A DNA stretch of 64,000 bases from Planctomycetota bacterium (GTDB lineage: Bacteria > Planctomycetota > UBA11346). Positions 56,756 through 64,000 of the stretch are shown here, piece by piece. Within the stretch, counting starts at the first letter, position 1; every line of letters starts with the position of its first letter. The notes under the pieces were generated by a model, which was not told the DNA's origin, searched no databases, and saw only the letters and a list, made by a program, of their open reading frames with translations. Location of the stretch: positions 32,001 to 96,000 of the forward strand of contig JBBRLJ010000008.1 of assembly GCA_038231435.1 (NCBI GenBank), given 5' to 3'. Made by a program: the position numbers and the translations under genes.

Positions 56756-58363
56756 CTATTTCAGGTTGTAGGCCGGATCGGTGAGCAGCTGTTTGAGCGC
56801 GCGATCGAGATCGGCGTCCTTGTCCATCGGCGTCACCGGATCGATCGGCAGCAGCAGATGCACGGCGAGCTGCACGCCCTCGGTGCCTTGCTTGCGCGCA
56901 TCGGGGATCCACTGGCCGCGGTCGGGATGCGGCCCGGCTGCGGGTTTGTCTGATGAAGCCTCGCTCTTGGCGTCGGCCTTCTTGTCATCCGATTTTTTGT
57001 CCTTCGCGGTGTCCTTCGCGGACTTGTCCTTTGGATCCTTCGCTCCGGCGGCAGGAGCCATCGCCTCGCCCGCCATCTCGCCGCCCGCGGCGGGCGTGTC
57101 GGCGTCGGCCTTGCGGTGCTTGCCGTTGGGATTGCCGAGGGATCCGCCGGCGATCGCCGAGAAGATCTCGCGGCGCGCGAGCAGACTGTGGGTGCTGATC
57201 CACGCCGAGCCGCCCTTCCAGCCCCTGACGTTCGGTGGATCGAGGATGTCCTCGCCCAGCGCGCGCCCCATCTCCACCACCTTGGCGTAGTCATCGACCG
57301 GCAGGTCGAGCTGGCGGATGGTACCGACCAGCATCTCGACCGGGGAGCGGATGAGCGTGCCGCGGGCATCGGCATCCCAGAACTTCGGGTGCAGCAGCAC
57401 CGCGCGCACCGCCTTCTTCACGTCGTACTTGGATTTGTAGAACACCGCGGCGATCTTGTAGACGTCCTTGGCGTCGATGGTCTCGCTGACGAACTCCTGC
57501 CACAGCTTCTCGCAGATATGGATGGCGACGCGCTCTTCGCGCTCCATCAGGATCTTCATGATCTGGTCGGCATCGAGCAGGCCCTTGTGCCCGAGCACGG
57601 TCTTCCACTCGGTGTCGTGGAAGCGCTCGCTCAGCGCCGGCCGGCCGGTGGCCTCGTCGATCTTGTACCCAGAGAGCGAACGCGCGGCTTCCTTGATGTC
57701 GGCCTCGGTATAGAAGCCCTCGCCGACGGTGAAGAGCTCCATCACCTCGCGCGCGAAGTTCTCGTTCGGGCGGTAATTGATGTTCGAGTTGCTGTCGAGA
57801 TAGATGAACATCGCCGGGTCGTAGGGGATGGCGGTCAATAGCGTGGCGAAGTTCCCGAGCGCCTGCGAACGGAAGAGCTGGTCCTGCTCCCACATCAGGC
57901 GCGGATCATAGACGGTGGTCAGGCTCGAAGTGAAATGGTTGTGCCAGAACAGCACCATGCGTTCGGTGAGCGGCGAGTCGGTGGCCGCCATCTCGCGGTA
58001 CCACCACGCCTTGAGCTCGACACCGCGCTTGCGGTCCCGGCTCTCGCGTTCATTGCTCTTGGTCTGGCGCTCCTGCTCGGACAGGCCCTTCCAGGATTTC
58101 TCCTCGGCCTGGCGCTGGGCGGCGTTGTCGGCCAGGGGCACGTTGCACCACTCGGGCGGTGCGAGTCGGTTGGTGGTGCGGTTCTTGGCGAGGATCGCGT
58201 CCACCGCCTGTTCGCGCGTCAATGGCAGCAGCTCGGCGATCTCGTCGGGAGTCGGGCCGAAGCCGGTGCGAGTCAGCAGATGGCGGGCTTCGCCCTGATC
58301 GAGCGCCTGCAGCGACGACAGGGGAGCGAGAACGGCCAGCGCCAGGGCGATGCGGGTCAGCAT
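56756..58363 (-). CDS. DUF1800 family protein
   Basis: HLLTRTGFG, ERMVLFWHNHF, PNENFAREVMELFT, PPNVRGW; upstream of DUF1501. Confidence 0.92.
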   Translation of the reverse strand: MLTRIALALAVLAPLSSLQALDQGEARHLLTRTGFGPTPDEIAELLPLTREQAVDAILAKNRTTNRLAPPEWCNVPLADNAAQRQAEEKSWKGLSEQERQTKSNERESRDRKRGVELKAWWYREMAATDSPLTERMVLFWHNHFTSSLTTVYDPRLMWEQDQLFRSQALGNFATLLTAIPYDPAMFIYLDSNSNINYRPNENFAREVMELFTVGEGFYTEADIKEAARSLSGYKIDEATGRPALSERFHDTEWKTVLGHKGLLDADQIMKILMEREERVAIHICEKLWQEFVSETIDAKDVYKIAAVFYKSKYDVKKAVRAVLLHPKFWDADARGTLIRSPVEMLVGTIRQLDLPVDDYAKVVEMGRALGEDILDPPNVRGWKGGSAWISTHSLLARREIFSAIAGGSLGNPNGKHRKADADTPAAGGEMAGEAMAPAAGAKDPKDKSAKDTAKDKKSDDKKADAKSEASSDKPAAGPHPDRGQWIPDARKQGTEGVQLAVHLLLPIDPVTPMDKDADLDRALKQLLTDPAYNLK

Positions 58364-58535
58364 GGGCTGCGTGCCTCCAAGCTGGCTTATACCGGCCTGC
58401 CCCCGTGCGCGCTGTGGGGGCATCGCCCAATCGGTAGGCGATCGCGTCCCGGCAGCTCACACAGCCGCAAACCGGTCGGCGGCAGCGGTCTGCGTGACGA
58501 TGGTGCCGGTGGCCAGGACGGTGATGCCGCCCGGA

Positions 58536-59561
58536 TCACTTGTCGTCGAGGAATTCCTTGAGCGGCGGCGAGATCAGCGCTTCGATTTCGGGCTGGGCGA
58601 GGTTCTCGGGTGTCACCAGCTGCACCGGAGTGTCCACCTGCTTGGGCACGGTCTTGCCGAGCGCCGCGTCCACGCAGTACTTCACGCCGAGGTAGCCCAT
58701 CTGGAAGGGATCTTGCACCACCAGGCCCTGGATATCGCCCGCCTTGAGGGCGGCGATCAGCGGCGGCGAGGCATCGAAGCCCACGTGCTTCACCGTGCCG
58801 TTGAGGCCCTGCTCCTTGAGGGCGAGTGCCATGCCGGCGGTCGACGATTCATTCGGGGTGAACACCGCGTCGACCTGACCCTTGAAGCGGTTGAGCAGAT
58901 TCTGCGCTGCGGTGAGCGCGGTCTCGCGGGTGGCTCCGGCATGCTGGTCGTCGGAGATCAGCGTGATGTCCGGGAAGGCCTTCAGGGCTTCGAGGAATCC
59001 CGCCTCGCGCGCCTCGGTGCTGGCCGAGCCAACCGCGTAGCGCAGCAGGATCACCCGTCCCTTCCCGCCGAGCAGCTGCGCCAGGCGTTCGCCGCCCTTG
59101 CGCCCCCCGGCGAGGTTGTCGGTCGCGACGAAGCTCGACTGCGCCTTGGATTCGAGCGCCGAGTCGATGATCACCACCGGCACCTTCTGGGCCGCCGCCA
59201 TCTCGACCGGCTGGACCAGGGCCTTCGAATCGAGCGGCGCGAGCACGATGCCGGAGACGCCCTGGGTCGCGAAGGTCTGGACCACGTCGATCTGCTGCGC
59301 GCGGTCGTCCTCCTTGAGCGGGCCTTTCCACAGCACCTTCACCGGTTGGCCTGCGGCGGTGAGCTCGCGGCCGGCCTTGACCGCGCCGGCATGGATGGCC
59401 TTCCAGAATTCGTGGGTGGTGCCCTTGGGGATGACAGCGATGGTCAGCGGCTTGGCGTCCACCGCCGCTGCGTTCGGCGGGGCCAGCAATCCGGCGAGGG
59501 CCAGCAGCAGCACGGGCGCGAACAGCCGGCAGGGTATCGGGTGGCTGGCGGTGATCGTCAT
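58536..59561 (-). CDS. Sugar ABC transporter substrate-binding protein (RbsB-like)
   Basis: IAVIPKGTTHEFW, ATDNLAGG, GFD, VQDPFQMGY; GGAGG RBS. Confidence 0.92.
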   Translation of the reverse strand: MTITASHPIPCRLFAPVLLLALAGLLAPPNAAAVDAKPLTIAVIPKGTTHEFWKAIHAGAVKAGRELTAAGQPVKVLWKGPLKEDDRAQQIDVVQTFATQGVSGIVLAPLDSKALVQPVEMAAAQKVPVVIIDSALESKAQSSFVATDNLAGGRKGGERLAQLLGGKGRVILLRYAVGSASTEAREAGFLEALKAFPDITLISDDQHAGATRETALTAAQNLLNRFKGQVDAVFTPNESSTAGMALALKEQGLNGTVKHVGFDASPPLIAALKAGDIQGLVVQDPFQMGYLGVKYCVDAALGKTVPKQVDTPVQLVTPENLAQPEIEALISPPLKEFLDDK

Positions 59562-59679
59562 GGGGCCTCCGGCGGCGCCGGTGGTACCGCCGCGCGCATC
59601 CTCGCGCAAGCGCCCGTGTGGCGTTTTCCGTCATTCCGTGCCCACCGTGGCGTGATAAGAACGGGTTTCGGAGGCTCCC

Positions 59680-60210
59680 ATGTCCATCCGCATCGCCTTG
59701 GTCTGCTGCGCGCTGTTCGCCACGAGTGACGCCTTCTGCGCACAAGGGGGCGGAGGAGGCCGCGCCGGTGGTGGCGGTGGAGGCGGTGGCGGCGGCGCGG
59801 GTGTCGGCGTCGGCGCGGGCAACAACCGCGGCGCGCTCGCCCAGCTCGCGCCGTCGAGTGTGGTCGGCACCGCCTTCGATGTGATGATCGGCGAAAGCAA
59901 GGGCACGAAAAAGAAGACCCGCCTCACCTTCTCGACCAAGAAGCTCAGCAGCGACTGGTTCGCCTCCATCGGAGTCGATTCGATGACCTTCGAGGAGAAG
60001 AAGGGCAAGACCGCCGACGCGCCGGTCACCATCACGGCGTTGGCCACCGATGCCAAGGGCGGCAAGGTCGAGCTCGACGGCCAGGCTGTCGGCGATGGCA
60101 TCAAGGGCACCGTCACCATCACCGCCAAGGATGGCAAGAAGCAGGAGCTGGTGTTCGACGGTGGCAAGCCGGGCTCGGACGAAGCCAAGAAGGCGATCGG
60201 ACCGCAGTAG
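59680..60210 (+). CDS. Hypothetical secreted protein with poly-Gly linker
   Basis: GGAGG RBS; signal peptide; Gly run; Lys-rich beta domain. Confidence 0.7.
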   Translation: MSIRIALVCCALFATSDAFCAQGGGGGRAGGGGGGGGGGAGVGVGAGNNRGALAQLAPSSVVGTAFDVMIGESKGTKKKTRLTFSTKKLSSDWFASIGVDSMTFEEKKGKTADAPVTITALATDAKGGKVELDGQAVGDGIKGTVTITAKDGKKQELVFDGGKPGSDEAKKAIGPQ

Positions 60211-60367
60211 ACGGCCGCTCCGTCGGACCGGTGGCCCTACGGCCAAGAGTCTGTGCCGCTCGGACTCGACGTGCGCGTCATACGGATCTGTGGACATCCG
60301 CCTTCATTCGGACAAATACCGACGAAAGCCGGTGGAAATACGATTGAATGACCCCCTGGAGGTCTCG

Positions 60368-62089
60368 ATGGACCAGCGTGCCGCCGTGCTGCGATGCATC
60401 AGATTCACGGCCATTGGGCTGTTCACCGTTCTCGCGCTCGCCGGACAGGCGAGCGCGGCCAACACCCCGGCGAGCTTCCTGACCGCGCGCTTCAAGAGCC
60501 ACTTCGATTTCGGCGTCGAGGCCCCGATCGCGTGGATGCAGGACACCCGCGCCAACAACGGCTGCAATTGGGACGCGCGCGTCCAATACCTGTCCGGCGG
60601 CGTGCATTATTCGGGCAGCGTGCTGCAGGATCCGTGGTTCTTCAATCCGGCCTGGAACAACGGCGGGCACTACATCACCGGCTACATCGACGAATGCCGC
60701 ACCGTGAACTGCGCCGCCTGGTTCACCTGGTACTTCCTCGCCCAGTCGGACCCCGCGAACTATTCGCCTGGGCCTGCCCAGGCGACGCCGGTGAACGCCG
60801 CGAACGCCCAGACCATGAACGGCTACTTCACGCTGGTGAAGAAGGTGTTCCAGGAATGCGGCAGCGCGGGGAATCTCGATTGGCCGGTGGTCTTCCATGT
60901 CGAGCCCGACGAGTGGAACCACCTGCTCTTGACCACGCGCGTCGGCAACGCCTTCAATCCGGCAAACGTCGTGATCAAGGTCGGCTCGAGCGGCATGGCC
61001 GACGTCGCGAGCTATCCCGACAACCTCGTCGGCTACGCCGACGCGCTCAAGCACCTGCGCGACCTGTATGCGCCGCAGAACGTGCTCCTGGTCTGCAATC
61101 CCTCGGCGTGGGATCCGGACAACACCATGTCCGGCACGCAGATGGGCGGCTACATGAGCACCTGCTGCGGCGGCTGGGAGGCGGCGGTGCTCGAGACCGG
61201 CGACCGCGACAAGGGCCTGGGCGGGCAGCTGCCGCCATACACCGATCAGTCCGGCGTCCTCGGCACCTTCGATAGGCACATCCAGTGGATCGCCGACTTC
61301 AAGGCGGCCTCGAATCTGCCGGTGTTCGTCTGGCAGGCCGCCGAAGGGAACACCTACTTCAAGACCTGCAACAACAGCGACGGGCATTACACCGACGACC
61401 TCATCCAGACGCTGCTCGAGGGCTATCCGAACAACAACACCATCCTGCGTTACGCGCGCGCCGGATGCCTCGGTTGGATGTTCAACGCCGGGCAGGGCGG
61501 TTCGACCCACTTCTACGATTCCAAGGGCGATGGCGTCACCAACCCGGCGACCGCGCCCGGCACGCTCGGCTACGCCTCGACCTACGCCGACGATGACGGT
61601 GGTTACGCGCGGCTGCGCGTCGGGAGCTACTTCACCACGCCGTACGCGCTCGGTTCGACGCCACCAGCGCCGGTGGTGGTGGACACCATCTCGCTGCTCG
61701 CGGCGAACGACGCTAGCGCGAGCTTCCGCGTCAAGCTCGGCGCCGCTCCCGCGGGCGCGACCAGCGTGGCGGTGACCCGGCTGTCGGGCGACGCGGACAT
61801 CGCCGTATCCACCGCAACGGTGGCGTTCACCACCTCGAACTGGAACGCCTACCAGACCGTCACGCTCGCCATCGGCCCCAACGCCGATACCACGTTCGGA
61901 TCCGCCATCATCCGCTGCGCCGCCACGGGATATTCCAGTGCGTATGTCACCGCCACCGAGCCGCTCGACGGCGGCTTCGCTGCGGTGCCGGCGACGCACA
62001 AGGCTTGTGGATTCGGTTCGGCGTTCGGCGCGGTGCTCCTGCCGCTTCCGCTGTTGCTGCTCAGGCGCTCGCGCCCCAAGCGCGGGTAG
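60368..62089 (+). CDS. Secreted putative glycoside hydrolase-like TIM-barrel protein with Ig-like domain and C-terminal Cys-Gly/TM/Arg tail
   Basis: GGAGG RBS; signal peptide ending ASA; Trp/Tyr-rich; HVEPDEW; FTTSNWNAYQTVT Ig-like motif; ends KACGFGSAFGAVLLPLPLLLLRRSRPKRG. Confidence 0.7.
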   Translation: MDQRAAVLRCIRFTAIGLFTVLALAGQASAANTPASFLTARFKSHFDFGVEAPIAWMQDTRANNGCNWDARVQYLSGGVHYSGSVLQDPWFFNPAWNNGGHYITGYIDECRTVNCAAWFTWYFLAQSDPANYSPGPAQATPVNAANAQTMNGYFTLVKKVFQECGSAGNLDWPVVFHVEPDEWNHLLLTTRVGNAFNPANVVIKVGSSGMADVASYPDNLVGYADALKHLRDLYAPQNVLLVCNPSAWDPDNTMSGTQMGGYMSTCCGGWEAAVLETGDRDKGLGGQLPPYTDQSGVLGTFDRHIQWIADFKAASNLPVFVWQAAEGNTYFKTCNNSDGHYTDDLIQTLLEGYPNNNTILRYARAGCLGWMFNAGQGGSTHFYDSKGDGVTNPATAPGTLGYASTYADDDGGYARLRVGSYFTTPYALGSTPPAPVVVDTISLLAANDASASFRVKLGAAPAGATSVAVTRLSGDADIAVSTATVAFTTSNWNAYQTVTLAIGPNADTTFGSAIIRCAATGYSSAYVTATEPLDGGFAAVPATHKACGFGSAFGAVLLPLPLLLLRRSRPKRG

Positions 62090-62092
62090 CCG

Positions 62093-64000
62093 TCAGGGCA
62101 GCGCTTCGGCTCCCGTGCTCGATGGCACGCCCAGCGCCGACAACCGGTTCCGAGCGTGCGCGCAGTGCAGCTCGCCCAGGGTGCGCACCTCCGGAGCAGG
62201 GCCCTCGCCGCCGATCCTGTCCCACGCCGCCGCGCGGCTGTCGCCATCGAGCGTCGCCCACGGGCGTTCGATGGCGATGACGCGACGCAGCGCCGCGGGC
62301 GCTGTCGCGCCGGTGAGATGCAGCACCACCAGATGGCGCGAGGTCGGCACGCGCAGCAGGCTCGGGAGCCAGTCCTCGAGATCGTCCGCGTCCCCGTGCA
62401 GCAGGCACGCGGCCATCTCGCCGAGATCGCGCAGCCATGCCGACGGCACGCGCGGCCGCGAGCTGGGGTCGTCGCGCGACGGCGGCTGCGCGTGCATGAG
62501 CGCCAGCGGCAGGCGCAGGGCGTGCGCCAAGCCCTCGGCGGCCTCGCGCGCCAATTGGCGCTCGGGCCCGGTGATCAGCAGCAGCACACCGAGCCCGGGG
62601 CGCTCCTGGGTAGCGTTTTGCGCGCGCACCTCATCGAGGGCGGAGGCGAGCGCGGAGATCTCCGCGGCGCGCGTCGGCCCGTGCAGACCAGCGCCGAGCG
62701 GCGTTAGGCGCTCGGCCCAGGCGCAGCCGGTGTGGATGCGGTCATCGAGCAGCTTCACCTGGCGCAACGCCGCCGAGGACAGGTCGTCGGCGGTGATCGC
62801 GCCGTGGCCGCCGCGGCGCAGGCCGGCGGAGAGCGCCGCCATCTGCACGACGTTGCGCAGGTAGCCGCCCGAGAAGCGGAAGGTTTCGGCGAGGCGTGCG
62901 AGGGCCGCGCCTCGAGCCAGGCCCGGATCGACGGCGTGACCCTGGCGGATGAGTTCGAGCCGGAGGATCTCGGCGCGCTGGCGCGCGCCGGGCATGCCGA
63001 TGCACAACTTGATCTGCAGGCGGCGGTCGAGGGCCGGGTCGAGGCGGTACGGCTGGTTCGACGCGAGCAAAACCACCGCCGGGTGGCATTCCATGCCGGT
63101 GAGCAGCACGCGGCTGGCATCGTTGCCTTGCAGGAGCAGGTCGTCGGCCTCGTCGATGAACAGCACCGCATCTTGCGTCGCGGTCTGGCGCAACAGGCCG
63201 GCGAGCACGCGCACCAGGTCCTCGCGCCGGCGCAGCCGCGAGGCGTCCACCGACAGCAGCGCGCGCTTGCCGCTGCCGGCGATGGCCTGGGCGAGCAGCG
63301 TCTTGCCGGTGCCGCTCGGCCCATGGAGCAGGATGCCGAGCGCCTGGCTCTGGCGCTGGCGGCGCGCGGCGTCGAGATCGATGCGGCGCACGCTCTCCAT
63401 GAGCTCCGGCTCAAGCACCACATCGTCGAGCGTGGTGGTGGGGCGCGAGACCTGCACGCCTTCGCGCGCGCCGAGCGCTTCGAAGGGCACGCCCAGGCAT
63501 TCGTGGAGGAAGCTTCGCGACGGCACCAGATCGCGGCGCCGCACCTCGACCGAGCGTTCGCCGCCCTCGGGCAGCTCGCATACGCCATGGCGGTAGAGCG
63601 GGCTGTCGAGCGCATCGAAGGCCAGCAGCAGATCGTGCGCGGCGACCGGATCGGCGCACAGCAGGGTCAGCATCTGGCCGATCTCGAGCCAGGAATAGAA
63701 CTCGACGCCGGCGCGCGCGATCGCCTTGTCGAGGTAGCCGCCGAGGTGGTGGCACAGCAGCAGGCCCGCCGCGCGCGCCTCGAACGGCGGCAGCAGCGAC
63801 TCATAGCGCGCCAGTTCGTGGCAGGGGTGCCCGGGCGGGGTCGCCGCGGTGCGCTCGTGGCGGACCTTGGCAGTGGCCGCGGCGAGCTGCGCCCACTGGT
63901 CGAGCGGCAGCTCGGCGCGCGCGGCCAGGATCGCCACCGATAGCTGCGCTCCTCGCATGGTGAATGCCTTCCCGAGCGCGAGATCGCGCAGGGTCTCGGC
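62093..64000 (-). CDS. AAA+ ATPase (5' end probably beyond the window) with a degenerate second P-loop-like domain
   Basis: GPSGTGKT, LFIDEAD, ASN, LDPALDRRL, FSGGYLRN; the frame stays open from 63958 to 64000. Confidence 0.85.
   Translation of the reverse strand, partial: AETLRDLALGKAFTMRGAQLSVAILAARAELPLDQWAQLAAATAKVRHERTAATPPGHPCHELARYESLLPPFEARAAGLLLCHHLGGYLDKAIARAGVEFYSWLEIGQMLTLLCADPVAAHDLLLAFDALDSPLYRHGVCELPEGGERSVEVRRRDLVPSRSFLHECLGVPFEALGAREGVQVSRPTTTLDDVVLEPELMESVRRIDLDAARRQRQSQALGILLHGPSGTGKTLLAQAIAGSGKRALLSVDASRLRRREDLVRVLAGLLRQTATQDAVLFIDEADDLLLQGNDASRVLLTGMECHPAVVLLASNQPYRLDPALDRRLQIKLCIGMPGARQRAEILRLELIRQGHAVDPGLARGAALARLAETFRFSGGYLRNVVQMAALSAGLRRGGHGAITADDLSSAALRQVKLLDDRIHTGCAWAERLTPLGAGLHGPTRAAEISALASALDEVRAQNATQERPGLGVLLLITGPERQLAREAAEGLAHALRLPLALMHAQPPSRDDPSSRPRVPSAWLRDLGEMAACLLHGDADDLEDWLPSLLRVPTSRHLVVLHLTGATAPAALRRVIAIERPWATLDGDSRAAAWDRIGGEGPAPEVRTLGELHCAHARNRLSALGVPSSTGAEALP

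Noticed and set aside
58536..59561. Sugar-binding protein without adjacent permease or ATPase
   Set aside because: Orphan binding proteins are common; no additional signal here.

Overview
High-GC bacterial chromosome segment, most consistent with Planctomycetota/PVC (inferred from a prepilin/DUF1559-type gene in a glycan locus, a DUF1800-DUF1501 pair and a redoxin-cytochrome c-Cu-monooxygenase family protein). About 53 genuine CDSs can be supported; most other ORFs in the track are antisense or off-frame shadows. In order: methylcitrate genes prpC (partial) and prpB; a GntR/LacI-headed glycan operon (DUF5696-like GH, prepilin-like protein, two GH71-like enzymes, BNR protein); HlyD adaptor, sialate O-acetylesterase, GH16; a sugar catabolic operon (two Gfo/Idh/MocA, TIM-barrel epimerase, DHDPS-like aldolase, heparinase II/III); a YtrA-type ABC module; a frameshifted P-loop NTPase; ArsR-SRPBCC-DoxX; two GH78; YgiD; an ArsR plus Cys-rich/CMD fusion; a degenerate tRNA-Leu(CAA) next to a lower-GC ELWxxDGT gene; a PA0069-type radical SAM; a ~10 kb lipid-flavoured locus (LbH protein, desaturase, four-gene Lgt-like operon, PLP enzyme, AmrS-like radical SAM, acyl-CoA ligase, PhyH dioxygenase); DUF1501/DUF1800; a sugar-binding protein; a secreted GH-like protein; and a partial AAA ATPase. 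No CRISPR array, transposase, integrase or rRNA was seen. Best candidates for undescribed systems: (1) a divergent Lgt coupled to two Zn-ribbon membrane paralogues sharing a C-terminal TM-Cys tail; (2) the surrounding radical SAM/PLP/desaturase/ligase cluster; (3) an ArsR-controlled Cys-rich VOC-like/AhpD fusion; (4) a Cys-Gly/TM/Arg C-terminal tail shared by two unrelated secreted proteins. All family calls come from motif recognition by eye, not from database searches.
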